Of a stretch of 64,000 nucleotides of DNA, positions 51,817 through 60,804 are shown in pieces. Every line of letters starts with the position of its first letter. The stretch's first letter is position 1. Location of the stretch: contig JAKLFG010000006.1 in the NCBI GenBank assembly GCA_022711315.1, positions 3,726 through 67,725 on the forward strand, written 5' to 3'. The stretch comes from a bacterium (lineage in GTDB: Bacteria; UBP6; UBA1177; JAKLFG01). A program made the position numbers and the translations under genes. Under the pieces are notes generated by a model that made no database searches, had not been told where the DNA came from, and saw nothing but the letters and a program-made list of their open reading frames with translations.

Positions 51817-53745
51817 TCACCCGCAGTCGCGTTCAGTGCAGAAGCCATCGCCGCTCCGATCTTCATCGGCGGCATCGCAGGTACCGTTCTGGTTCAGGTC
51901 CCAGCACTCGTAGGTGGAGGGGCCGGTCGAATCGGCGTCGGGCCCGGCGTCGATGTCGGTATCGCTCTGGCTATCGCTGTCGGGCAGGATGTCGGTGTCA
52001 TTACCGGGATCGGTATCGACCGGATCGGAACCTTCGGTGTTCCACTTGAAATTGTCGACGAGCACGAGCGAATCGAGTTTGCGGTCTGAGGTGTCCCAGA
52101 CGACGAAGCGGAGTTTTATCGTCTCTCCGGGGATGACCGGGGCGGCGGTCGCGAGCCATTTGGTGGCGCCGCCGGTGTAGATATCACCGAGTTCTTCGTC
52201 GTATCCCGGCTGGTCCCAACCGGTCCCGGCGAGGGGGGCGGTCCCGTCGGGGCAGGTGTATCCGGTCTTTTCGGTACAGACGGTGAAGAATGCGTTCGAA
52301 TTGACGCTGATGTAACTGCCGTTCGAGTCGAACGAGATGTTCTTGTCGAGCGGGATGCCCGCCGCGCCGGTGTCAAGCATCGCGATGAAGAAATCGTTGT
52401 AGGCGTTGCAGGTGAACTGCCAGTATTCCTGCGAGAAGAAACGGAACAGGAAAGAGAATCCGTAGGCGTTGGTCGGCACCTTCAGGTCGACGGTGAGCAT
52501 CACCCCGTCGTTCGCCCCGGTGCCGGCCGGGCAGTCGGGATCGGTCTTCGGCAGGTTGCCGGCATAGGGGGCGGTGAAGTCGGCGGGGGGAGTGCCGTCG
52601 TAGTATTCGTATGTGTCCTCGGTGGTCGGATCGGGGTCGTTGGCATCGCGGGCGCGTCCCGAAGAGAGCGCGGCCATGGTGCTACCGTAGATCGCTTCGT
52701 TCGATCCGTGGGTGCCGAACCAGTTCATTACCGCGACCTGCCGGTTGCTGGCGTCTATGGTCCCGGAGCCGCTCGCGCGGGTGATGGTCGGGGTGCCGAC
52801 GATGCCCCATGAGCCGCCCGTCGAGGTCTTGCAGATATCGATCGCCTTGACCAGATCGAGCGCGGTGGTGCCGCTGAACTTCGCGGCGGAAGAGCAGGCC
52901 GTGCGCGGATCCTCGTCAGTCTCGCCGTTGCAGTCGTTGTCGATGCCGTCCTCGGGCACCTCGATCGCGCCGGGGTTAACCTTTTTCGGATAGGTGCAGG
53001 CGAGCACGCTGTCGCAGCAGTCGTCGACGCAGGAGAACCAGCCGTCGCCGTCCTCGTCCACATGTTCATCGGTGCCGCCGTCGCAGTCGTCGTTCTTGCC
53101 GTTGTCGCAGATCTCGGCGATGGGGACCACCTCGCCCGTACATTCGCTCCATCCCTTGCCGTCGAGATCACAGGTCTTGGTCCCCGCCTTGCATTCGCCG
53201 ACATTCTTGGTGGCCGGAGGTCCGGAGTAGGGGCACTCGACCGTGGTCTCCGGGTCGCAGATATGAGCGTCCGTATCCGCGTCGATGTCGGGCGCGATAT
53301 CCACTTCGGTGTCCGTGTCGGTCACCGTGTCGTCGATCGTATCGTCGGACGTGTCGGTATCTTGGTCGGGGCCGATCGGTCCGTCCCCGTCACCGATGAT
53401 ATCCTCATCGGCGGATTCATCGTTATTGTCGTCATCGGTCGGGGTATCATCGATGTCGTCATCGTCGATGGGGAGGTCGTCGCCGGTCGCATCATCCGCG
53501 TCTGAAGCCACATCGGTGAGGTCCTCGTCCGTTTCGTCGGCCACCTCATCATCCGCGTCATCGTCGATATCCTTATCGTTTGGCAGAGGCGTGTCCGATT
53601 CGGGGAGTTGCCCCTCGGTCGCACCGTCGGCATCGATGTCGGTGTCAGCGCTGACATCGGCATCCTTCAACGGTATCTTTTCCGTCCCGTCACAGGAGAT
53701 CAAAAAGGTTACCGCGCACAGCAAAAAAAAGGGGTAACGGGACAT
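51817..53745 (-). CDS. Lipoprotein with DNDC-type Cys-rich metal-binding-like motifs and a choice-of-anchor-L-like domain (tentative)
   Basis: FLISCDG lipobox. Long acidic linker. CDNGKNDDCDGGTDE / GIDNDCNGETDE. ...GFSFLFRFFSQEYWQFTCNAYNDFFIAMLD resembles choice-of-anchor L. Confidence 0.7.
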   Translation of the reverse strand: MSRYPFFLLCAVTFLISCDGTEKIPLKDADVSADTDIDADGATEGQLPESDTPLPNDKDIDDDADDEVADETDEDLTDVASDADDATGDDLPIDDDDIDDTPTDDDNNDESADEDIIGDGDGPIGPDQDTDTSDDTIDDTVTDTDTEVDIAPDIDADTDAHICDPETTVECPYSGPPATKNVGECKAGTKTCDLDGKGWSECTGEVVPIAEICDNGKNDDCDGGTDEHVDEDGDGWFSCVDDCCDSVLACTYPKKVNPGAIEVPEDGIDNDCNGETDEDPRTACSSAAKFSGTTALDLVKAIDICKTSTGGSWGIVGTPTITRASGSGTIDASNRQVAVMNWFGTHGSNEAIYGSTMAALSSGRARDANDPDPTTEDTYEYYDGTPPADFTAPYAGNLPKTDPDCPAGTGANDGVMLTVDLKVPTNAYGFSFLFRFFSQEYWQFTCNAYNDFFIAMLDTGAAGIPLDKNISFDSNGSYISVNSNAFFTVCTEKTGYTCPDGTAPLAGTGWDQPGYDEELGDIYTGGATKWLATAAPVIPGETIKLRFVVWDTSDRKLDSLVLVDNFKWNTEGSDPVDTDPGNDTDILPDSDSQSDTDIDAGPDADSTGPSTYECWDLNQNGTCDAADEDRSGDGFCTERDCG

Positions 53746-53778
53746 GGGCCTCTCCCTCGGCGATGGATGAACTGAAGG

Positions 53779-53807
53779 TTTATATCACATTCGGGAAAGT
53801 ATTGCAA
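53779..53807 (-). promoter_or_regulatory. Putative sigma70 promoter for gene 51817-53745
   Basis: Minus strand reads TTGCAA-N17-TATAAA, about 30 nt upstream of ATG 53745. Confidence 0.4.
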
Positions 53808-53848
53808 CAAGAAATATCAGTGAATGTAAATGGATATGGGGAGAGGGT

Positions 53849-55894
53849 CTATGATTCGATGCCGCCGTCGTCCTTGATGCCCGGGACGATGATAAAGACA
53901 TCGCGCTCATCGAGGAGCGCCCCTTCGCCGAGCACCTGAATGTGTGCGCGGAACAGCGTGTTCTCGGTGGTGGTCGGTTCGAAGACCTCATTCTTGAAGG
54001 TGACATCGAAAAAGATGTTGATCCCCGGTTTCACCTGATAGAAGGTCGTCGTGTCCTTGCTCGCGTAACTGTCGGCCGGATCGCTGTAGGAGGGGATGAT
54101 GTCGACGATGAACTGGGTCGTGTCTATGCTGTAGGGGTTGGCGACCGAGGCGCGGGTGGTGGAGACATCCATCGCGATGTTCTCGACGAGTTCCTTGACC
54201 GCCGCCGCTATTTCGGAGGAGAGGCCGTTGCCCGAATAACCGGTCTGGAAGATGAAGTACTGGCCGTTGGTGCCCTTTGATCCGGTGCCGTCGGCTATCT
54301 CCTCATACTGTTCGGTGATGTCGAACAGCAGGTCGCCGACCCCCTCGCCCACCACGCCGATGAATTTCGCCTTTTTCGCGTTCATCGCGGCGATGACCTC
54401 GCTCGCATAGTGTCCCTGATCCTTGCTGTTGCGCCATTTGTAGCGTATGCGCAGGACGCCGCCGTCGCTCACCCAGTCGTCGTTGATGTCGTAAAGGTTC
54501 TCGTCGGTGATCATCATGACGATCGGAAGCGCCGCGGGGCGGAAACAGGCGCCGCCGATGGAGCCTAGTTGCCCGGTGCAGTCGACCGCCGGTATGATGA
54601 CATCGGCGTAGTGTTCATACCAATCCTCCACCCATTCGCTGAAATCGAGCGACACCTCGAGCAATTCGCCGTTGAAGCCCGTGCCGGTGGCTATCTGGTA
54701 AAGGTTCTCATACTGGGCCTCGACCTTGCCCCCTCCCGCACCGCCGAGATTCTCGACCGCGGTGGTCATCGCGTTCGCGTCCTTGGTGACCGGCTGGTTG
54801 AGGAAGAAGGCGGCATCCTCGATGCCGGCGAACGACGAAAGACCGAACGCGGGGTCGGGGACCGCCGCGGCGACCCCGGGGACCACGGTGGTGTTGATGC
54901 CGGTCTTGAGGTTGTCCCGGGCGTAACTCATCGAGCCCGACAGGTCGAGCGTTATCACGAGATCCACTTTTTTTATCTGGGTGCTGAACTTCAATACATC
55001 GTCCTGTTCCGGTTCCTGATAGGGGAGGACCACATAGAATTTCCCTTCGTAGAACTCGGGATCCTTCACGAGCGGGTCTGATCCGGCCGCCACCTCGGTG
55101 TTGTCGTCGAATCCGTCGCCGTCGGTGTCGATCAGCGTATGGTCGGTGCCGGCCCCTTTCTCTGTTTCGTCCGACAGGCCGTCGTTGTCGCTGTCATGGT
55201 CGAGGTAGTTGGGATGCCCGTCCTCGTCGCTGTCGAGCGGAACGCCGCCGAAACAGCCTTCATCCTTGTCGAGTATCCCGTCGCCGTCCGAATCGTCGTC
55301 GAGATAGTTGGGGCCATCATCGCCGTCGGGGTCCTTGACACCTTCGTAGAGATCGTCAAGACAGTCGCCGTCGGCGTCGGTATCGAGGAAATCGGGTGTG
55401 CCGTCGCTGTCGGTGTCGAGACAGGGCTGATCGGGACATTCCGTTGCGTCGAGGATATTGTCGCCGTCGCTTTCGGTGTCGCGGTAGTTGGGGACGCCGT
55501 CCCCGTCGGCGTCGCCGGATCCCTCGACGCTGTCGGGGATGCCGTCACCGTCCGAGTCCTCATCGAGATAGTCGGGGGTGTCGTCGTTGTCGGTGTCGAC
55601 CTTGACCCCGCCGGGCGTCTCGACGCCGTTCGGGATGCCGTCGCCGTCATCGTCCTGATCCTCCCACGCGTCGCTGTCGGCGTCGGGTTTTTCGTCCGGT
55701 GTCGTCGGATCGTCGGTCATCACCGGTGAGTCGTCAGCGCCGGTGTTGGTGTCGGGGAGCGACGGGTGGTCGCTGTCGCCCGTTCCGTTGTCGCCGGTCG
55801 CCAGTTCGTCGTTCGGGGCGGTCGTATGCTCCTGCGAGCAGGAAAGGGTAAGCGCCATGAACGCCGTCACGGCGATCGCAAGGAACTTCGTCAT
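53849..55894 (-). CDS. Lipoprotein with thrombospondin type-3 Ca-binding repeats and a von Willebrand factor A domain
   Basis: Trimmed to ATG 55894 (GGGAGGAGGA SD). LTLSCSQ lipobox. More than 10 D.D.DG..D..D repeats. VDLVITLDLSGSMSY is a MIDAS motif. Confidence 0.8.
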   Translation of the reverse strand: MTKFLAIAVTAFMALTLSCSQEHTTAPNDELATGDNGTGDSDHPSLPDTNTGADDSPVMTDDPTTPDEKPDADSDAWEDQDDDGDGIPNGVETPGGVKVDTDNDDTPDYLDEDSDGDGIPDSVEGSGDADGDGVPNYRDTESDGDNILDATECPDQPCLDTDSDGTPDFLDTDADGDCLDDLYEGVKDPDGDDGPNYLDDDSDGDGILDKDEGCFGGVPLDSDEDGHPNYLDHDSDNDGLSDETEKGAGTDHTLIDTDGDGFDDNTEVAAGSDPLVKDPEFYEGKFYVVLPYQEPEQDDVLKFSTQIKKVDLVITLDLSGSMSYARDNLKTGINTTVVPGVAAAVPDPAFGLSSFAGIEDAAFFLNQPVTKDANAMTTAVENLGGAGGGKVEAQYENLYQIATGTGFNGELLEVSLDFSEWVEDWYEHYADVIIPAVDCTGQLGSIGGACFRPAALPIVMMITDENLYDINDDWVSDGGVLRIRYKWRNSKDQGHYASEVIAAMNAKKAKFIGVVGEGVGDLLFDITEQYEEIADGTGSKGTNGQYFIFQTGYSGNGLSSEIAAAVKELVENIAMDVSTTRASVANPYSIDTTQFIVDIIPSYSDPADSYASKDTTTFYQVKPGINIFFDVTFKNEVFEPTTTENTLFRAHIQVLGEGALLDERDVFIIVPGIKDDGGIES

Positions 55895-55992
55895 GCGTGG
55901 TCCTCCTCCCTGTGGGCCGTTAGGTCCGGATACGACAGCGAGTATACGGACAATGAGAGCGGAAGGCAAGGAGAAAGATGCAGTATAAATAA

Positions 55993-56021
55993 TTGACAAG
56001 AATGGCCTTATTCTTTATATA
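55993..56021 (+). promoter_or_regulatory. Putative sigma70 promoter of the yfgM-like operon
   Basis: TTGACA-N17-TATATA, about 50 nt upstream of ATG 56074. Confidence 0.5.
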
Positions 56022-56073
56022 GGGGTTCGTTCGTCGTGATATCGATCGCTTTCGTTGAGCATGGAGGTGCTGC

Positions 56074-56817
56074 ATGTCCTATCTTAAATCGCGCGGCTTC
56101 AGACCGGCCAAGAATGAACCCGAGGAAAAGAATATCGCCGAAAAGGATGCTTTTCAGGAGCAGGGGCAGCGGCTGATAGACCGGCTCGCCTCGCATCCCT
56201 ATTTCATCATCGGCACGGTCGCGGCGGTCATCGTCACGGTCGTGGTCGCGATACTGGTGGCCGACAAGTGGTCGGAATCGCGGAGCGCGAAGGCGCGGTC
56301 CTTCGTCGACGCGATGGCGCTCTGGGAAGGGAAGGGGACGGAAGGGACGGCCCCGAAGGACGAAACGGCCCGACTCAAGGAGGCGCTGGCGAAGTTCGCC
56401 GAGGCGGAAAAGACCCTGCAAGGCTCCTTCATGGGCGACACCGCCGCCTTCTATCAGGCCAAGATACATTACCGGCTCAAGGAGTTCGACTCGGCGATAA
56501 AACTGTTCCAGCGCCTGCAGGACTCGTCGAAGATACCGGCCGATATCCGGTTCGGCGCCTACGAGGGGGAGGCCTACTGCCACCTCGACCGTGACGACCC
56601 GGCGAGCGCCGTCGCGGTGTGGGAGCGGTACTACGCGCTGAAGAACGCGCCGCTCTATCGCGATTTCGCGCTGTATTACATCGGCACCGCGTACGAGAAG
56701 ATGAACGACGCGGCCAAGGCGGTCGAATATTTCAAGCGACTCAAGGCGGAGTTCCCCGAAAGCCCGCTCGTTTCCAAAGTGGCCGACCGTCTTCCGGAAG
56801 ACCGGAAGCCCTCGTGA
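56074..56817 (+). CDS. YfgM-like membrane-anchored TPR protein
   Basis: Cytoplasmic N-terminus, one TM helix (YFIIGTVAAVIVTVVVAILVA), then a periplasmic TPR-like helical domain. Lies directly upstream of a beta-propeller gene, as in yfgM-bamB. Confidence 0.55.
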   Translation: MSYLKSRGFRPAKNEPEEKNIAEKDAFQEQGQRLIDRLASHPYFIIGTVAAVIVTVVVAILVADKWSESRSAKARSFVDAMALWEGKGTEGTAPKDETARLKEALAKFAEAEKTLQGSFMGDTAAFYQAKIHYRLKEFDSAIKLFQRLQDSSKIPADIRFGAYEGEAYCHLDRDDPASAVAVWERYYALKNAPLYRDFALYYIGTAYEKMNDAAKAVEYFKRLKAEFPESPLVSKVADRLPEDRKPS

Positions 56818-56827
56818 CGGCCGCTCG

Positions 56828-58000
56828 ATGATACGAACCCCGATCCTCGTCACCTTTCTTCTGCTCGTCGCCGCATCGCTCGGCGCCGAGGAGTTGGTCA
56901 TCAACTGGGCGGTCCCGCTGAAAAACGAGTTCGCCTCGATAAAAAAGCGTGAATTCGCCGCGCCGCTGTACCGCGACGGGCTTATCTATGTCGCCCTGCG
57001 CGACGGTCGGCTCATGGTCTTCGGACGCGACGGTCGTAAGGCGGGCGAACGCCGCTTCACCGGCGGGTTCGTCGTTCCGCCGGTCGAGGTCGCCGGCGGG
57101 GTGCTCGTCTGCGAATCGCATACGGCGCACCTGCTCGAGAACGGCTCCCTGCGCGACCGCTGGGCGGTGGCGGGGCGTTCGCCGGTGGTCGCCCGGCCCT
57201 TCTCCCAGCCCGAGGGGCTCTACCTGCAGTTCCTCGAACATACGGTCTATCTGGTTGATCCGGCCGACGGGGCGGTGAAGGCGAACTACACCTTCTACGG
57301 CGAGAGCCAACTTTCCTACCTGATGCTTTCCCAGCCGGTCGCCTACGAGGACAAGCGGGTGTTCGGCTTCTCCAACGGGCAGGTGTTCTTCTTCCTGTAT
57401 CGCAAGGACACCTATGGCGTGGACGAGATACTGCCCTTCTACAAGTACCAGACCGGCGAGATACAGGTCGGCGCCGAAAAACGCGATTTTTACGACATAT
57501 TCTCGCTCCTGCCCGGATCGGAGGGGATGCTCCTCTTCTCGAATGGAGAGGCGGGCGGATCGATACGGGTCAGCAACGGTGCGGTGACCAAGACGGGGGA
57601 ACTGCGTAACCTCACCCTGAAGGAACGGGCCGACGGGACGGTCCTCGCGTATGGCGAAGCGGGGGCGCTCGTACTCGCCAAGGACGGCACCGTGGAGCGG
57701 CGGCTGTTCTCAAGTCCCTCGTTCGTCACCGGCGTTGTCGAGGCGGGTCCCTACGCGCTCGTCACCGAGATGCACGGGGTCGTTTCACTGTATCTTTCCG
57801 ATCTTTCTCGGAAACTCGCCACGGTCAGGATCCCGCAGGGCGTTTCGAACGGCGGGGTGTGGGGTGACGGCGCCTTCTACCTCCTCTCCGACATGGGGAC
57901 GCTGTATTCGTTCGGGGTGGTGAAAAAAGAAAAAGACCAAAAAATACTTGAAAAAAGCGCAGAACCGGATATGAAAAGCGACAGTTCACGAACCAAGTAA
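56828..58000 (+). CDS. PQQ-like/BamB-like beta-propeller protein (secreted; no lipobox)
   Basis: Signal peptide. Repeated ...G.(I/L)Y(V/L)....G.(L/V).... blades (DGLIYVALRDGRLMVF, GGVLVCE, EGLYLQF, DGAFYLLSDMGTLYSF). Confidence 0.55.
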   Translation: MIRTPILVTFLLLVAASLGAEELVINWAVPLKNEFASIKKREFAAPLYRDGLIYVALRDGRLMVFGRDGRKAGERRFTGGFVVPPVEVAGGVLVCESHTAHLLENGSLRDRWAVAGRSPVVARPFSQPEGLYLQFLEHTVYLVDPADGAVKANYTFYGESQLSYLMLSQPVAYEDKRVFGFSNGQVFFFLYRKDTYGVDEILPFYKYQTGEIQVGAEKRDFYDIFSLLPGSEGMLLFSNGEAGGSIRVSNGAVTKTGELRNLTLKERADGTVLAYGEAGALVLAKDGTVERRLFSSPSFVTGVVEAGPYALVTEMHGVVSLYLSDLSRKLATVRIPQGVSNGGVWGDGAFYLLSDMGTLYSFGVVKKEKDQKILEKSAEPDMKSDSSRTK

Positions 58001-58018
58001 AGACGACTGGAGGAGTGG

Positions 58019-58294
58019 ATGAACAAATCGGACCTTATCAATGTGCTGACCCAGCGGGCGAACCTTTCCAAGCGGAACGCCGAACAATTCGTCAACCTTA
58101 TGGTGGACGCGATGATCGACGCGATGCGCAAGGAAGAGCGCATAGAGATCCGTGGTTTCGGCAGTTTCGTCATCCGTCATTACGACCAGTACGAGGGTCG
58201 TAACCCGCGGACCGGCCAGAAGATACACATCGCCGGCAAACGGCTTCCCTTCTTCAAGGCGGGCAAGGACCTCCTGCAGAGGGTCAACATCTAA
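58019..58294 (+). CDS. HU/IHF-family DNA-binding protein (IHF-beta-like)
   Basis: MNKSDLINVLTQ...IEIRGFGSFVIRHYDQYEGRNPRTGQKIHIAGKRLPFFKAGKDL. Confidence 0.85.
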   Translation: MNKSDLINVLTQRANLSKRNAEQFVNLMVDAMIDAMRKEERIEIRGFGSFVIRHYDQYEGRNPRTGQKIHIAGKRLPFFKAGKDLLQRVNI

Positions 58295-58300
58295 CGCCCC

Positions 58301-60796
58301 ATGCCTTCCTTTTCGCCAGAGGACTTCCTGCTCCCCTCGGCGATAGAATTGCTGAGACATTACATAAACTCCAATGACGGTGCCGAGATACTCGCGGTCG
58401 GGTCGGTGAACGGGGACGGGTTCGTCCACAAGGTCGAACTGTTCGGCATGGGGACCGACGGGGCGGTCCCGGCGGTGCTCAAGGCGGCACGGGCCGGCGA
58501 TGTGCTCATCCACAACCACCCGGGCGGCGACATCCGCCCCTCCGATGCCGACATAGGCATCGCCTCCGAGGCGGCCGAGAAGGGCATCGGTTCCTATATC
58601 GTCGACAACGGGGTCACCCGCATCTTTCCCATCGTGCGGTGGATGCCGGTCCGCGACGAGGAGTTCCACCCGGTCGCGCCGGAGGAGGTCACCGCGATAT
58701 TCGCCGAGAAGGGGCGGATAGCCGTCTCCTATCCCGAATTCGAGTTTCGCCCGCCGCAGTCCGAGATGGCGCTCGCGGCGACCGAGGCGGTCAACGGCGG
58801 GAGCATGCTCGTCGTCGAGGCGGGGACCGGCACCGGCAAGAGTTTCTCCTATCTCGTGCCGCTCCTGCTCTATGTGGCGGCCAACGAGGGGCGCAAGGCG
58901 GTCGTGAGCACCTCGACCATCGCGCTCGAGGAGCAGTTGTCCGGCAAGGATATCCCGTTCCTGCAGGAACACCTTGGACTATCGCACATCCCGGTCGCGG
59001 TGCTCAAGGGGCGGCAGAACTATCTGTGCCTCCGCAAATACGATCTCTACCGGCGCGGAACGCTCGAACTGCCCTTCGACGGCAGGAACGGCCGCGGCGC
59101 GTCGTTGGATGACCTCGACGCGTGGATCGGCCTGCCGCACGACGGTTCGAAGAGCGCCATGAACACCGCGATAGAGAGCGAGGTATGGGGCGAGATCTGC
59201 TGCGACGAGCATTCGTGCGACCGCGCCAAGTGCCGGTTCTTCTCCAAATGCTTCTTCTTCCGGTCGCGCCGGCAGGCGAACTTCGCGCAGATACTGCTCG
59301 TCAATCACCACCTCCTGATGGCCGACATCGCGCTCCGCGACGAGGAGGAGAATGTCGCGGGCATCATACCGCCCTACGACATACTGGTGATAGACGAGGC
59401 GCACAACCTCTTCAAGGCGGCGGTCAGTTTCCTCGGCGAGTCGGCGAGTCTGTCGGGCATCCTGCGGTCGCTGAAACGGCTCTTCAGCAACGACCGCGGC
59501 GCCGGGCTCCTTGCGCGCCTCATCGACGCCTACGCCAAGCCCGATACGGTCAGCGACCTCGAACGGCTGGCCGGCGAGATCGCCGCGTTCGTCCCGTTCT
59601 ACATACACTCGATCATCCCCGAATGCATGGAACGCTTCAAGGACGCCAAGGAGAACTATCTCGCGCTCGACGATCTTGCGATGCGCGGCGAGATGCGGGA
59701 ACAGTTCCTCCGCGTGACGCAGTTCCTCGGCGCGTTCTGCGAACGGCTCGGGCCGGTGCTCGACCATATCGGTACGCGGCTGTCGGACGATCCACTCAGC
59801 CGGTCGCGCGAGGAGGACACGATAGCGTCGCTCCTCACCGAGACGCGCGGCACCCTGCGCCGTCTGGAGAGCGCGAAGGAATTCCTCGACCTGTTCTTCA
59901 CGAGTGCCGACACCGATCAGGCGGTCTTCTGGGGTGAAAAGATGTCGGCGACCAACCTGCGCCTGTCGGTCACGCCGCTCGACATCCAGCGGATATTCGT
60001 CCGGAGCATCTACGAGAAGGTGCGGAGCGTCATCTTCACCTCGGCGACCATCGCCACCGGGCCGGGACCGGAGGGGTTCGACTTCTTCAAGCGCGAAACG
60101 GGGCTCGACGCGGTCCAGCGCCCGACGCGCTACCTGCTTCTGCCGAGTTGCTTCGATTACCGGACCGCCCTGCAGGGCTTCGTCGTGTCGGACCTGCCGG
60201 AGCCGAACGAGGCCGACTTCGAGGAGTCGAGCGTCCTCGCGGCGGCCGATCTCATCCGGGCCTCGAAGGGCGGCGCGCTCGTGCTGTTCACCTCGGTCAG
60301 GCACCGCGAGGCCGCCAAAAAGATGCTCGCCGGGTTCCCGCTCCCCATCATCACGCAGAGCGATTCCCCGATGGGGGTGGTGATGCGCCGGTTCCGCGGC
60401 GAGGTCGATTCGTCGCTCCTCGCCACCGACACCTTCTGGGAGGGGGTGGACATCAAAGGGGACGCCCTGCGCAACCTCATCATGGTGCGCCTGCCGTTCC
60501 GCTATCCGTCCCACCCGTTCATCCTGCGGTTCATCCAGCGGCTCGAGGAGCAGACCGGACAGGACGGGTTCGCCGTGTTCACCCTGCCGCACGCGGTGCT
60601 CAAATTCAAGCAGGGGATCGGGCGGCTCATCCGCACGAAGAACGACCGGGGCGTCGCGGTGGTGTTCGACCGGCGGCTCACGCGGAAGGGGTACGGCCGC
60701 TCGTTCCTCGACGCGCTCCCCGAGGGGATGATGTTCATGAACGCGCCGCTGAAACGGACGGTGATGCGCGTCGGCCAGTTCTTCGGCCGGGGATAG
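58301..60796 (+). CDS. RadC-type JAB/MPN domain fused to a DinG/XPD-family Fe-S DNA helicase
   Basis: The N-terminal ~115 aa carry a complete JAMM motif (E...HNHPGGDIRPSDAD = H.H-x7-S-xx-D). These are followed by Walker A AGTGTGKS, a Cys cluster C..(x)CCDEHSCDRAKC....C, the DEAH box VIDEAHNL and Helicase_C_2-like motifs. Confidence 0.85.
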   Translation: MPSFSPEDFLLPSAIELLRHYINSNDGAEILAVGSVNGDGFVHKVELFGMGTDGAVPAVLKAARAGDVLIHNHPGGDIRPSDADIGIASEAAEKGIGSYIVDNGVTRIFPIVRWMPVRDEEFHPVAPEEVTAIFAEKGRIAVSYPEFEFRPPQSEMALAATEAVNGGSMLVVEAGTGTGKSFSYLVPLLLYVAANEGRKAVVSTSTIALEEQLSGKDIPFLQEHLGLSHIPVAVLKGRQNYLCLRKYDLYRRGTLELPFDGRNGRGASLDDLDAWIGLPHDGSKSAMNTAIESEVWGEICCDEHSCDRAKCRFFSKCFFFRSRRQANFAQILLVNHHLLMADIALRDEEENVAGIIPPYDILVIDEAHNLFKAAVSFLGESASLSGILRSLKRLFSNDRGAGLLARLIDAYAKPDTVSDLERLAGEIAAFVPFYIHSIIPECMERFKDAKENYLALDDLAMRGEMREQFLRVTQFLGAFCERLGPVLDHIGTRLSDDPLSRSREEDTIASLLTETRGTLRRLESAKEFLDLFFTSADTDQAVFWGEKMSATNLRLSVTPLDIQRIFVRSIYEKVRSVIFTSATIATGPGPEGFDFFKRETGLDAVQRPTRYLLLPSCFDYRTALQGFVVSDLPEPNEADFEESSVLAAADLIRASKGGALVLFTSVRHREAAKKMLAGFPLPIITQSDSPMGVVMRRFRGEVDSSLLATDTFWEGVDIKGDALRNLIMVRLPFRYPSHPFILRFIQRLEEQTGQDGFAVFTLPHAVLKFKQGIGRLIRTKNDRGVAVVFDRRLTRKGYGRSFLDALPEGMMFMNAPLKRTVMRVGQFFGRG

Positions 60797-60804
60797 CCGG
60801 ACGC

